In this document: positions 1 to 9,610 of the stretch, piece by piece
Layout: every line of letters starts with the position of its first letter
How positions within the stretch are numbered: the first letter of the stretch is position 1
Assembly (NCBI GenBank): GCA_963737655.1
Contig: CAVTTN010000002.1
Span: forward strand, 5,728,001 to 5,792,000
DNA from: an uncultured Planctomycetota bacterium
Lineage (GTDB): Bacteria; Planctomycetota; Planctomycetia; Isosphaerales; Isosphaeraceae
Reading direction: 5' to 3'
Length of the DNA stretch: 64,000 nt
Notes under the pieces: model-generated
What the model saw: the letters and a program-made list of their open reading frames with translations, nothing else
Databases searched by the model: none
Told to the model about the DNA's origin: nothing
Program-made: the position numbers and the translations under genes

Positions 1-415
1 GTCCCGGGGCCGAGGTCCAGCGTCCCGACGGCCGAGGCCGTTCCGCCCGAGGCGACGAACCCGGCCCAGGGAGCGTAGGGGGTCGAATCGGCGAAGGCGG
101 TCCCGACGACGTAAGAGCCGTTGGGCGACGAGAATCCGGGGGTCCCGGACAGCGGCCTCATCCCCGCCGGCAGCGGCCCGGAATAGGCCGGAGGGGCCCC
201 GAGCCGTCGTCGGTGATCGTGCCCGAGGCGTCGATCCGCAGGAAGTCCTGGCCAAACAGGTTGGCGGTCTCGGCCTGGTTGCTGCCGACGGTCCTCACGT
301 CGGTCACCGAATAGCTCGGCGAGGGCATGGCGTCGGCCGAGGCCCGGCCCGCGATCGAGGCGACGAGCAAGACGGCCGGGACCAGCGAACGGAGACGACG
401 GCGAAGGCGGCTCAT
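1..415 (-). CDS. Secreted HAF-repeat/PEP-CTERM-type protein, 5' part; frameshift at ~193-196; runs off the window start
   Basis: Signal peptide MSRLRRRLRSLVPAVLLVASIAGRASA then YSVTD. Adding one C in the C4 run restores the reading PPAYSGPLPAGMRPLSGTPGFSSPNGSYVVGTAF, open to position 1. Confidence 0.6.
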
Positions 416-477
416 GGGGCGATCCCTCCGTGGATCTCGGTCCAGACACGTCATCCTGCAATCATGGGAGCCGCCCG

Positions 478-506
478 AGGATAGCCGGACCGCGCCGGCC
501 CGTCAA
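478..506 (-). promoter_or_regulatory. Putative sigma70-type promoter TTGACG-17-TATCCT
   Basis: Consensus-like hexamers with a 17-bp spacer, about 60 bp upstream of the ATG at 415. Confidence 0.55.
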
Positions 507-648
507 TCGCTCCATCCTCCGAGATCAGGGCCGTTTCCTCCTCGGCCGATGGGTCCTGGCCTAAGAATTCGCTCGCTCGATCGTCGGAGGGGAGAATCTC
601 TCCGGCGAAACCGATCCTCCCACGACTCGTCACCGAAGGAGCGTCCCC

Positions 649-1977
649 ATGATGCCCGTCCTCTTCGTCCGGCTCCTGGGCTGCGTCTGGCCCCTGATCC
701 CGGTCCTCCTGGCGCTCCTGATGGGTGCGACGGCCGAGGGCGAGGCGGTCCGAATCCTCGGGAAGGTCGTCGATGACGCCACCGGCAAGCCGATCCCGCA
801 GTTCGTCGAGCAGGGCGGCCGGGTCGATCCGAAGGACCCCACGAAGGTCCAGTGGGGGTTCAGCGAAGGCCGGACCGAGGGCCCGAACGCCGATGGGATC
901 TTCCGCGACGCGATCGACTGGGCCGGAGGAAGCCGGCTCCGCATCCTGGCCGACGGCTACCTCCCGCAACCCGTCCTGACCGAGGCCCCCACGCCCGGCG
1001 TCACCGAGATGGACGTGACGGTTCGCCTGAAGAGGGGCCGCGAGGTCGTCGGCAAGGTCCTGGACGGACAGGGCAAGCCGGTCGCGAAGACCTCGGTCTT
1101 CCTCGTCGGCAACCGCCCGGTGAACCTGACCGGAGGCCGGGCGGTCCGCGGGTTCGTCGGCGGAGACGACCCGACCGTCACCAAGACCGCCACCGACGCC
1201 GACGGTGCGTTCACCCTGACCGGCCTCGGCGACGACGAAACCTGGCGAGTGGCGGTCTCCGGCCCGACGATCGACCTCTGGGTCGTCCCCGCGCCGAAGG
1301 ACCATCGCCCGATGGAGGTCCGCCTCCCTCAGGCCGGCCGATTGACCATCAAGCTGGACATCCCCGGAGGAGGGCCCGAGGATCGGTTCTTGCTCCAGAT
1401 GAAGACCTATGAAATGCCCGGCTGGGAACAGATCGACAACCTCCGCGAGCCGTCGGCAAAGAACCCGGGCGAGGTCACCCTGGACGCCGTGGCGCCCGGG
1501 TCCTACGAGCTGACTCGCCAGAAGTTCCAGAAAGCCAACGGCAACACCTACAACCGCCTCTGCGACCGCCGGACGGTCGAGGTGAAAGCGGGCGAGACGG
1601 CCGTCTCGAGTTTCGTCCGGGACCGGGGAGCCATCGTCGAGGGGACAATCGAGGGGTTCGACCCGGCGAACGCGCCCGGGACGCTGGTCACGGTCAAGGA
1701 CGGCCAGGCCACCGGCAAGCCGTTCGCCATCCGCGAGATGAGCCTGCCGACCTTCGACTTCCTCACCGTCAAGGCCGACGGCCATTTTTCGACCGAACGC
1801 CTGATGCCGGGCGAGTATACGATCGTGGTCGAGGTGTTCATCCCGAAGCCCCGGGACGGCGCGTTCCGCTCCGGGATCGACGCGCCCGACTTCTTTGGCT
1901 CGGCGAAGGTGACCGTCCCGGCCCAGGGCAAGCCCGGGCCGGTCGCGATCCGGCTGAAAGGCCGGTCGAATCCCTGA
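649..1977 (+). CDS. Secreted carboxypeptidase-regulatory-like (beta-sandwich repeat) domain protein
   Basis: Signal peptide; repeated motifs GKVVDDATGKPI, GKVLDGQGKPV, TDADGAFTLTGL and LMPGEYTI; AAGGAG RBS. Confidence 0.7.
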   Translation: MMPVLFVRLLGCVWPLIPVLLALLMGATAEGEAVRILGKVVDDATGKPIPQFVEQGGRVDPKDPTKVQWGFSEGRTEGPNADGIFRDAIDWAGGSRLRILADGYLPQPVLTEAPTPGVTEMDVTVRLKRGREVVGKVLDGQGKPVAKTSVFLVGNRPVNLTGGRAVRGFVGGDDPTVTKTATDADGAFTLTGLGDDETWRVAVSGPTIDLWVVPAPKDHRPMEVRLPQAGRLTIKLDIPGGGPEDRFLLQMKTYEMPGWEQIDNLREPSAKNPGEVTLDAVAPGSYELTRQKFQKANGNTYNRLCDRRTVEVKAGETAVSSFVRDRGAIVEGTIEGFDPANAPGTLVTVKDGQATGKPFAIREMSLPTFDFLTVKADGHFSTERLMPGEYTIVVEVFIPKPRDGAFRSGIDAPDFFGSAKVTVPAQGKPGPVAIRLKGRSNP

Positions 1978-1989
1978 AACGGGCCCTAC

Positions 1990-2613
1990 CTACAGGGCCA
2001 GGTCGTGCTGGATTCGGCTCAGGATGACCTGTTCGAGCTTGTTGTCCCGGCCCCGGGGGGTCCACTGGATCGGCAGGGGGACCGGCCCGACGACTTCCCG
2101 GGTCCGGTTGATCGGGAACGGGCTGTTGAAGACGGCCCGGGCGCCGAGCTGGCCATAGGGCTTGGCCAGGTCCTCGATCTGCTTGTAGACCTCGACCTTC
2201 ACGGCGATCCCCCCGCCGGGATTCGGCTTGATCGAGACCTGGGCGAACCGGCGGATCGTCTGCAAGGTCGATTCGAAGCGTTCCTCGAAATCGACGGAGT
2301 CCCCCGCCCAGGGCTCGAAGATCGTCGAGCCGACCAGGGGCTGGGTGACGATCGTCCCGGCCAGCCGGTCTTCCGAGGCGATCGGGAAATACTCGTCGAG
2401 GACCACGACGACCTCGTTCCAGACGACCTCGCGATCGGCGATCGGCACGACCAGGGGGTTGGGCGCGATCGTCCGGCTCGCGAACGGCAGGGGCGGGATG
2501 ACGACCGTGGGCATCGAGGGCCTGGGGATCGTCGCGGGGAGCATCGAGCAGCCCGGGGCGGGCCCGAGGACGGCCAGGGCCGCCAGCCCGGAGCCGATCG
2601 TCCTGATCCTCAT
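1990..2613 (-). CDS. Hypothetical lipoprotein
   Basis: MRIRTIGSGLAALAVLGPAPGC lipobox-like N-terminus; GC3-biased codon usage. Confidence 0.7.
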   Translation of the reverse strand: MRIRTIGSGLAALAVLGPAPGCSMLPATIPRPSMPTVVIPPLPFASRTIAPNPLVVPIADREVVWNEVVVVLDEYFPIASEDRLAGTIVTQPLVGSTIFEPWAGDSVDFEERFESTLQTIRRFAQVSIKPNPGGGIAVKVEVYKQIEDLAKPYGQLGARAVFNSPFPINRTREVVGPVPLPIQWTPRGRDNKLEQVILSRIQHDLAL

Positions 2614-2862
2614 GGCGGGCCCTCGCTCCCTCGCTCGGGGTCTTCCGGAATCGCACTCGACGGCCCGGGATTCGGGCAAGCAAGATGGGCAAGCGAGCGC
2701 AGGGTGTCGGCCGGTCGAGGCGACGTGAGGCCCGCATCCTACAAATTCGCGCGATCCGGGCAAGGGCGAAATCCGCAGGGCCGCCGAAATCGGTGGCCTC
2801 AGGACCGGGGCCCGGCCCATCCCAAGGACCGTCTCGTCCTCGGCCGAGGATTTCTCGGAAAC

Positions 2863-2947
2863 GGTTTGGGTGACACGGGTTCCGTCCCCGGGACCCGTGG
2901 ACCGTCCCTTACGGGTCCCGGGGACGGAACCCGTGTTACCCAAAACC
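2863..2947. repeat. Long inverted repeat (REPIN-like), ~36-bp arms
   Basis: GGTTTGGGTGACACGGGTTCCGTCCCCGGGACCCGT-12 nt-ACGGGTCCCGGGGACGGAACCCGTGTTACCCAAAACC. Confidence 0.85.
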
Positions 2948-3006
2948 CTTGCGGCCTCCGGACGAGGAGATGGCCCTCCGGGGCTTCGCGTGTCCCACAA
3001 TCTTCG

Positions 3007-3035
3007 TTGACTCGGCGCGGGCGGACTCCTATTCT
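3007..3035 (+). promoter_or_regulatory. Putative sigma70-type promoter TTGACT-17-TATTCT
   Basis: Near-consensus hexamers with a 17-bp spacer, about 80 bp upstream of the redoxin ATG. Confidence 0.6.
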
Positions 3036-3113
3036 GGTCGGAATGCTTTCGCGATGACACCCTGGCCGCGGGCCGGGGCCGCGCGAATGCGGCAGTCGGT
3101 TCGGAGAATCTTC

Positions 3114-4160
3114 ATGCTTCGCAACGCGACGCGATGGGCGACGTTGGCGGTCGTGTGCGCCCTGACGGCGGGGGCTTCGGCGGCGGATCGCTCGGCCAAG
3201 GAGATCCTCGACGAGATCAAGCCGTTGCTGACCCAGAGGATCACCACCCAGAAGCAGTTCGACCAGGTCAACGCCAAGAAGATCGCGCTGGTCGAGGAGC
3301 TCCGCAAGGTCGATCCCGAGAACGCCGAGCTGCCCAAGCTCCTGCCGGCCCGGTGGCAGGCCCTGGCCGCGACCGGCAAGGCCGACGAGGCGATGAAGGA
3401 GATCGACGAGGCCCTGCCCAAGGCCAAGGACGACGAGGTCAAGAAGGGCTACCTCGCCGCCAAGGTCATGGTCCTGCTCCGCCAGGACGACGCCAACCCC
3501 GACGCCTTCGCCTCGACCGTCGAGGACTACCTGAAGCTCGCGCCGAAGGACCCCAACGGCGGCCCCTTCCTCTACATGGCCTCCAAGGCCCAGACCGACA
3601 ACGCCAAGCGAGACGCCCTGGAAGACCGCGCCCTGAAGGACTTCCCCCAGAGCCCGTACAACCGGATGATCGAGACCGGCCGGAAGATGAGGGCGATGAT
3701 CGGCAAGCCCTTCAACCTGGAGTTCACCGACGCGATCAAGGGCAACACCGTCTCGATGAAGGACCTCCGCGGCAAGGTCGTCGTCGTCGATTTCTGGGCC
3801 ACCTGGTGCGGCCCCTGCGTCGACGAGATGCCCAAGATGAAGAAGCTCTACGCCGAGTTCAAGGACAAGGGCGTGGAGTTCGTCGGCGTGAGCCTCGACC
3901 AGTCCAAGGAGAAGGGCGGCCTGGACGCCCTCAAGAAGTTCGTCGAGAAGAACGAGATCGGCTGGCCCCAGTACTACCAGGGTAACTACTGGCAGAGCGA
4001 GTTCTCGGCCTCGCTGGGCATCAACTCGATCCCCTGCGTCTTCATCGTCGATGCCGACGGCAACCTCTACTCGACCGAGGCCCGGGGCAAGCTCGACACG
4101 CTGATCCCGATGCTCCTGAAGAAGGGCCGGACCGCCGACGGCGCCGGCGGCGGCTTCTGA
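3114..4160 (+). CDS. TlpA/ResA-family thiol-disulfide oxidoreductase (redoxin) with helical N-terminal domain
   Basis: Signal peptide; GKVVVVDFWATWCGPC and GINSIP motifs. Confidence 0.9.
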   Translation: MLRNATRWATLAVVCALTAGASAADRSAKEILDEIKPLLTQRITTQKQFDQVNAKKIALVEELRKVDPENAELPKLLPARWQALAATGKADEAMKEIDEALPKAKDDEVKKGYLAAKVMVLLRQDDANPDAFASTVEDYLKLAPKDPNGGPFLYMASKAQTDNAKRDALEDRALKDFPQSPYNRMIETGRKMRAMIGKPFNLEFTDAIKGNTVSMKDLRGKVVVVDFWATWCGPCVDEMPKMKKLYAEFKDKGVEFVGVSLDQSKEKGGLDALKKFVEKNEIGWPQYYQGNYWQSEFSASLGINSIPCVFIVDADGNLYSTEARGKLDTLIPMLLKKGRTADGAGGGF

Positions 4161-4184
4161 GCGAGGAGGCATCCGCGCCTTCCG

Positions 4185-4211
4185 CCCTCTCCCCCGCCTC
4201 GGGGGAGAGGG
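4185..4211. repeat. Short palindrome CCCTCTCCCCCG-CCT-CGGGGGAGAGGG (REP-like or terminator)
   Basis: Perfect 12-bp stem just after the redoxin stop codon. Confidence 0.6.
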
Positions 4212-4216
4212 TCGTC

Positions 4217-4302
4217 GGGTGGCATGCCCACGTCTCCGTGGGCAGGTCTCCGGCCGATGATCGGGCCCCGCACATGCCCACGAAGACGTGGGCATGCCGC
4301 CC
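4217..4302. repeat. REP doublet, family C (GGGTGGCATGCCCACGTCTTCGTGGGCATG)
   Basis: Inverted pair of palindromic units; further copies at 7114, 37159, 39187 and 63523. Confidence 0.85.
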
Positions 4303-4348
4303 AGGCCCCGATCCTTCGAGAGACGCTCCGGGCGGTTCGTCCCGGGCC

Positions 4349-6520
4349 TCAGGCCCGGATCGGCATCGCCCTCGCCCGCGACCCCGTCGCGGCGAACACC
4401 GCGTTGGCGATCGCCGGGGCCACGGCGATCACGGGCGTCTCGCCCGCCCCGGCCGAGGGCAGGTCGGGCCGGTCGATCAGGTGGATCTTGAGCTCGGGGA
4501 CGTCCTCGAACCGGGGGACGCGGTACTTGCCGAACGTCGCGTTGCGGACCTTGCCGCCCTCGAACGTCATCGCCTCGCGCAGGGCCGGGCCCAGGGCCAT
4601 GATCAGCCCGCCCTGGACCTGCGTCATCAGGCCCGACGGGTTGACGATCTTGCCGCATTCATACGCCTGGCAGACCGTCTTGACGGCGATGGCGCCGGCC
4701 TCGACGGCCACCTCCACGCACGCCGCGACGAACGAGCCCTTGTCCGTCCCGCAGGCCAGGCCGACGCCGGTCCCCGCCTTCTTCTCCTTCGACCGCTCGG
4801 CCCAGGCGAACTCCTTCGCGGCCTTCTCCAGGACGCTCCGGAGCCGGCCGTCGTCCAGGTGCGCGAGCCGGAATTCCAGGGGGTCGCGGCCGGCGAGCCC
4901 GGCCAGTTCGTCCATGAAGCATTCGCGGCCGAACGTGTTCGCCGTGGCCGCCAGGGCCCGATACGAGCCGTGACGCAACGGCGGGTCCGACGCGACGAAC
5001 TGGCCTCGCGACCTCGCCACCCGGTACGGCGACTGGACCTCCTGCGCCCCGCTGTTCACGTTCACGAAGAACCAGGACGCGATCTTGCCCGAGTCGTCCA
5101 GCGACGCCTCGGCCTCGATCGCCGCGGCGGGGCGGAACTGGGCCCAGGTGAACTCCTCTTCACGGGTCCACCGGAGGGTGACCGGCTTCCCCGCCCCCTT
5201 CGCCAGCTTCGCGGCCTCGACGGCGCACTCGCCGGGGTGCTTGCCGCCGAACCCCCCGCCGAAATCCGGGACGATCACGCGGACTTTCCCCTCGGGCAGG
5301 CCGAACGCCCGGACCAGCTCGCCCTTGACCCCGAACGGCACCTGAGACCCCGTCCAGACCGTCACCCCGTCGCCCGACCACTCCGCGACCGCCGCCCGGG
5401 GCTCCATCGGCGCGTGCTGGACATACGCCACGTCGTACGACCGGCGGAGCTTCTTCGAGGCCTTCGCCACCTCGTCGGCGAACGGGTTGGCCGGCAGGCC
5501 GCCCCGGGCATGCTGGCGCAAATATTCGAACAATTCCGCGCTCGACGGATGCGGCGACGACTCCCATTTCGCGGTCGCCGCGACGGCCTCGATCGCCTTC
5601 TGGGCCGAGAACGCCGTCGGAGCGGCCACCCCGACGAAGTCGCCGTCCTTCACGACGACCGCGCCCTCGATCTTCTTCGCCGGTTCGAGGTCGATCGAGG
5701 CGAGCTTCGCGCCGAACGAAGGCGGCCGGAGCACCCGGCCGTGAAGCATCCCGGGCCGGGCGATGTCTGACGGGTAGGAATGCGATCCCGTGACGATCTC
5801 GCGACCGTTCGGCCTCGCGACGGGCGTCCCCAGGACGGTCCAGTCCTCGACGGCGGTGAGGTTCACGCCCTGCGGGGCGGCTCTTTCCAGGCCCTTGGCG
5901 GCCTCGGCGTCGGCGGCGAGGTCGGCATAGGAGAGGGGCGGGTTCGCGTCCCGGCCGTCGTGGGCCCGGCCGTCGCGGACGGCGATCACGCCCAGGCCCA
6001 CGCCCCACGTCCTCGCGGCGAAGGCGGCGAGGAGCTCGCGGGCGGCGGCGCATCCCTGGCGGATCGCCGGGACGGTCGAGGGGGTCGAGCGGCTGCCGAA
6101 CGTCCCGCCGTCGTCGGGCACGAGCGACGTGTCGGCCATCACGAGCCGGACGCGGTCGGCGGGGACCCGCAATTCCTCGGCGGCGGCCTGGGTGAGCTCG
6201 GCCCGGGCCCCCTGGCCGCATTCGACCTTGCCGGTCATCACGGTCAAGGTGCCGTCCCGGCCGATGTGGAGACGGGCGGCGAGGGTCGTCGCCCCCCGGC
6301 CCATCATCCCGCCTCCGCCCCGGTTCCGCCCGCCCGGCCCTTGCTGGGCGGCCGCTCCGCCGGCCGAGACGGCGACCACCAGCCCGGCGCCGAGCATCCC
6401 GAGAACATCGCGGCGATTGGGGCCGTCAACCTCGGAGAAGTGGAATTCGACGCGGTCGAACTCCTCTTCATCGGTCGAATCGAGGTCGCGGAGGCTCGCC
6501 CTGCGGTCCGGTGAGATCAT
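4349..6520 (-). CDS. iorB: Xanthine dehydrogenase-family molybdopterin-binding subunit (isoquinoline 1-oxidoreductase beta-like)
   Basis: Tat-like RRDVL; motifs GKVECGQG, GGTFGSRS, HAPMEP, GGGFGGK, YRA and GAGE. Confidence 0.85.
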   Translation of the reverse strand: MISPDRRASLRDLDSTDEEEFDRVEFHFSEVDGPNRRDVLGMLGAGLVVAVSAGGAAAQQGPGGRNRGGGGMMGRGATTLAARLHIGRDGTLTVMTGKVECGQGARAELTQAAAEELRVPADRVRLVMADTSLVPDDGGTFGSRSTPSTVPAIRQGCAAARELLAAFAARTWGVGLGVIAVRDGRAHDGRDANPPLSYADLAADAEAAKGLERAAPQGVNLTAVEDWTVLGTPVARPNGREIVTGSHSYPSDIARPGMLHGRVLRPPSFGAKLASIDLEPAKKIEGAVVVKDGDFVGVAAPTAFSAQKAIEAVAATAKWESSPHPSSAELFEYLRQHARGGLPANPFADEVAKASKKLRRSYDVAYVQHAPMEPRAAVAEWSGDGVTVWTGSQVPFGVKGELVRAFGLPEGKVRVIVPDFGGGFGGKHPGECAVEAAKLAKGAGKPVTLRWTREEEFTWAQFRPAAAIEAEASLDDSGKIASWFFVNVNSGAQEVQSPYRVARSRGQFVASDPPLRHGSYRALAATANTFGRECFMDELAGLAGRDPLEFRLAHLDDGRLRSVLEKAAKEFAWAERSKEKKAGTGVGLACGTDKGSFVAACVEVAVEAGAIAVKTVCQAYECGKIVNPSGLMTQVQGGLIMALGPALREAMTFEGGKVRNATFGKYRVPRFEDVPELKIHLIDRPDLPSAGAGETPVIAVAPAIANAVFAATGSRARAMPIRA

Positions 6521-6524
6521 GGCG

Positions 6525-7013
6525 TCACCTCCCCCCCTTCGCGGAGGCCAGGGCCGAGGCGCGGCGGACGGCCTCGACGATCTTCGGATAGCTGCAACAC
6601 CGGCAGATGTTCCGATTCATGCCCTCGACGATCTGGGGATCGGTGGGGTGAGGGGTCTCGGCCAGGAGGGCGACCGCCGCGACGATCATCCCGGGCGTGC
6701 AATAGCCGCACTGGAACGCCCCGTCGGCCAGGAACGCTTGCTGGACCGGGTGGAGCGCCTCGCCCGTCGAAAGCCCCTCGATGGTGACGACGGACTTCCC
6801 CTGGGCCCGGGAGGCGGGGGTCCGGCACGAGAAGGCCCGCTTGCCGTCGATCAGGACGGAGCAGGCGCCGCACTGGCTCTCCCCGCAGCCGAACTTGGTG
6901 CCGGTCAGGCCGAGGTCTTCGCGGAGGACGTCCAGCAAGGGCCGGTCGGGCTCGGTCCGGACCGAGCGCCTCTGGCCGTTGACGGTCATCTCGATCGTGG
7001 CGGCGGCTTCCAT
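6525..7013 (-). CDS. iorA: (2Fe-2S)-binding small subunit (IorA/CoxS family)
   Basis: GTKFGCGESQCGACSV, QCGYCTPG and NICRC motifs; adjacent to the large subunit. Confidence 0.9.
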   Translation of the reverse strand: MEAAATIEMTVNGQRRSVRTEPDRPLLDVLREDLGLTGTKFGCGESQCGACSVLIDGKRAFSCRTPASRAQGKSVVTIEGLSTGEALHPVQQAFLADGAFQCGYCTPGMIVAAVALLAETPHPTDPQIVEGMNRNICRCCSYPKIVEAVRRASALASAKGGR

Positions 7014-7113
7014 CCGGTCCCCTCCTTCAGAAGGCGGGGACCGCTCGGCCCCGCGATCCGAGGATCGCCGGTCGGGGCCGGCAATGCAAGGGGTCAAGCG
7101 GGCTGTCGATGGT

Positions 7114-7165
7114 CGAAACCCGGGTGGCATGCTGACGAAGCCTTAAGCATGCCACCCGGGTTTCG
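7114..7165. repeat. Single hairpin of REP family C
   Basis: CGAAACCCGGGTGGCATGCT...AGCATGCCACCCGGGTTTCG. Confidence 0.8.
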
Positions 7166-7173
7166 TCCGACGG

Positions 7174-7716
7174 CTACCGCCCCTTGGCCCGGGCCGCCTT
7201 GGCCTTCGAGGCCCCTTTTTTCGCCCTCGGCGCCGGGGCGGCCTGGGGAGGGGGGGTGGCCTGACCCTGAAGGGCGAGGATCGTGGCGTCGTCGGCGAAG
7301 CCCATGCGTCCGGGCTGGGGCCCGAAGCCGCCGAGGCCGACGTTGGCGAACCCCCCGGCGCCGATGCCTCCGGCCCCTCCGCCTCCGCCGAGGCCTCCGC
7401 CGCCGAATCCGCCGCCAAAGCCTCCGCCGAGGCCGCCACCGCCACCTCCGCCGCCGCCGCCTCCGAAGCCGCCCCGGACGACGGCCGGGACGGTGAAGTT
7501 GTCGAACTCGGTCACGGCGATGAATTGCGGGCTCAGGGCCATCCTCACATAGCGGCGATCGGCCGAGACGACCGGGACGACGCTAAACGTGACGCCGTCG
7601 GGGATCTGGCCGATCACCGGGGCATACCCGACGGACGACTGGGCCCGGGAGGCCGTCGGCAAGAGCAGGCCGGTGGCGATCGCGGCCATCCCCAGGCAGA
7701 TTCGCAAGCCCTTCAT
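7174..7716 (-). CDS. Small secreted Gly-rich protein with a secretin-like beta motif
   Basis: Signal peptide ending ASRA; GVTFSVVPVVSADRRYVRMALSP; poly-Gly tract; basic tail. Confidence 0.65.
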   Translation of the reverse strand: MKGLRICLGMAAIATGLLLPTASRAQSSVGYAPVIGQIPDGVTFSVVPVVSADRRYVRMALSPQFIAVTEFDNFTVPAVVRGGFGGGGGGGGGGGLGGGFGGGFGGGGLGGGGGAGGIGAGGFANVGLGGFGPQPGRMGFADDATILALQGQATPPPQAAPAPRAKKGASKAKAARAKGR

Positions 7717-7840
7717 CGACCGGCCTCCCGTTCCGAGTCTGTCTGGCGGACGCCTCGGGCAAGATCGACCCGACCTCACGCACCCCATCCATTATGATCG
7801 CGATCGGCGTGCCGGGGAAGGGAGGACCCGGGGCGGCCTC

Positions 7841-7868
7841 GCACTCATCGATCAAGCAGGACGCGCAT
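7841..7868 (-). pseudogene. Remnant 5' end of a DUF5615/PIN-like toxin (MRVLLD/EC)
   Basis: ATGCGCGTCCTGCTTGAT[CGAT]GAGTGC overlapping the DUF433 stop; removing 4 nt gives MRVLLDEC. Confidence 0.5.
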
Positions 7869-8076
7869 CGGTCACCAGGGCTTGCTCCGCCAGGCTCAGC
7901 GCCTCGGTCGCCTGATCGCGACCGACCGACGGAAAATCGTCCAGGAATTCGTCGAGGGGTCGTCCCCCCCTCAAATAATCGATCAGGGCCCGGAGAGGGA
8001 CGCGCGTGCCTGTGAACACCGGTGTGCCTCCCAGGATATCAGGGTCGCGATGGACCACGGATGCCGACGTATTCAT
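7852..8076 (-). CDS. DUF433-family antitoxin
   Basis: VHRDPDILGGTPVFTGTRVP...LDEFLDDFPSV signature. Confidence 0.9.
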   Translation of the reverse strand: MNTSASVVHRDPDILGGTPVFTGTRVPLRALIDYLRGGRPLDEFLDDFPSVGRDQATEALSLAEQALVTDARPA

Positions 8077-8233
8077 GATCGTCCTCCCGTCCTGCGGGTC
8101 CGGACCGCCGCGGGATCGGCCATCGAGGGCCGATCGGCCGGCCCTCCGAGCGGCAGGACCGCCAGGAAGTGAAGTGAGGGGGCGGAGCGGCCCCGCCCCC
8201 TGCTCGTTCCGGACCCGATCGCGGGGGACCGGA

Positions 8234-9355
8234 TCACGCCTTGGGCGGCTCGGTCGGCTTGGGATCGTCCTTGGGGGCGTCCTTCGGGGCGTCCTTGGAC
8301 TCTTCCTTCTTGGGGTCTTCCTTGGGGGTGTCCTTGGAGTCGCTCTTGGGCTCGTCCTTGGGGGCGTCCTTCGGCGCGTCTTCCTTCTTCTTGTCCTCTT
8401 CCTTCTTCTTGTCGTCGTCGGCCTTCTTCTTGGCCTCTTCCTCTTTCTTCATGTCGGCGGCCTTCTTCTCCTCGTCGGCCTTCTTCTTGGCTTCCTCTTC
8501 CTTCTTCATCTCGGCGGCCTTCTTCTCCTCGTCGGCCTTCTTCTTGGCCTCTTCCTGCTTCTTCATCTCGGCGGCCTTGGCTTCTTCCTGCTTCTTCATC
8601 TCGGCGGCCTTGGCCTCTTCTTCCTGCTTCTTCTTCATCTCGGCGGCCTTGGCTTCGGCGTCGGCCTTGGCCTTGGCTTCGGCGTCGGCCTTGGCCTTGA
8701 GTTCCTCGGGGGTGGGCTTGGCGTAGGCCTTGCGGGCGTCGGCCAGGAGCGGGTCGAAGAGGAGCTTCCTCTGGTCGTAGAAGGACTTCAGGCCCTTGGA
8801 GGGCGGGGTGATCCGCACGTTCTTCTCGGCGGAGACGCCGTCCATCTTGCCGTAGCCGGTGAACCAGGCGCCGAAGACCTCCAGGCTGACGCCGGCCTGC
8901 TCGTTGTCCTTGGAGATGGCCTTGAGCGGGGTGACGTCGTCGGCCCGGCCGGTGATCAGGATGTCGAGGATCGGCGGCGGGTCGATGGTGGTCTTGACCA
9001 GGCCGGCGGCCTCGGCGGCGGCGATGGCCTCGGCCACGGCCTTGCGGGCGGCCTCCAGCTTCTCCTGGACGTCGGGCGGGATGGTCGGCTCGGCGGGGGC
9101 GGCCGGCTTGGCCTCTTCGGCCTTCTTGGGCTCTTCGGCCTTCTTGGGCTCGTCCTTCTTCGTCTCGTCCTTCTTCGGTTCGTCCTTCTTCGGTTCGTCC
9201 TTCTTCGTCTCGTCCGGCTTGGGTTCGTCCTTCTTGGGTTCGTCCTTCTTGGTCTCCGCCTTCTTGTCGTCCTGGGCGAGGGCGGGTCGGAGGCCGGAGG
9301 TGCCGAGTCCGAGGAGGAGGGCGGCGATCAGGGGGAGCATGGCGGAGAGACGCAC
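8234..9355 (-). CDS. Secreted Lys/Glu/Asp-rich low-complexity repeat protein (TolA-like charged helical tail)
   Basis: GTG start with GGAAGGAG RBS; signal peptide ending ALA-QDD; KKDEP repeats and AAEMKKEEEAKKKADEEKK repeats flank a ~130-aa globular core. Confidence 0.75.
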   Translation of the reverse strand: MRLSAMLPLIAALLLGLGTSGLRPALAQDDKKAETKKDEPKKDEPKPDETKKDEPKKDEPKKDETKKDEPKKAEEPKKAEEAKPAAPAEPTIPPDVQEKLEAARKAVAEAIAAAEAAGLVKTTIDPPPILDILITGRADDVTPLKAISKDNEQAGVSLEVFGAWFTGYGKMDGVSAEKNVRITPPSKGLKSFYDQRKLLFDPLLADARKAYAKPTPEELKAKADAEAKAKADAEAKAAEMKKKQEEEAKAAEMKKQEEAKAAEMKKQEEAKKKADEEKKAAEMKKEEEAKKKADEEKKAADMKKEEEAKKKADDDKKKEEDKKKEDAPKDAPKDEPKSDSKDTPKEDPKKEESKDAPKDAPKDDPKPTEPPKA

Positions 9356-9610
9356 CAGGGAACTCCTTCCGTAGAGGGATGGAAAGGCCGGCAGGGCCGC
9401 CCCGTTCACTTCGGGCGAGATTTTCCGATAGTAACGAGGCTCGGGGCCGCCGGAAAGGGGCAAATGGCCACCGCCGACCCCCTTCCCTCGGAATCTCGGC
9501 GAACGGATCATGAATCGGGTCGGCCGGGGCCGATGGTAGGGTCGAGACGCGGATCGCGCGGCCCGAGCCGGAGGCGTCGGGCGGGATCGGAGTGCCGGAG
9601 GCACGTGGAC

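Noticed and set aside
8006..9374. Leu/Phe/Gly-rich plus-strand 'membrane protein' ORFs
   Set aside because: They are antisense translations of the Lys/Glu-rich repeat gene, which has the RBS and signal peptide on the minus strand.
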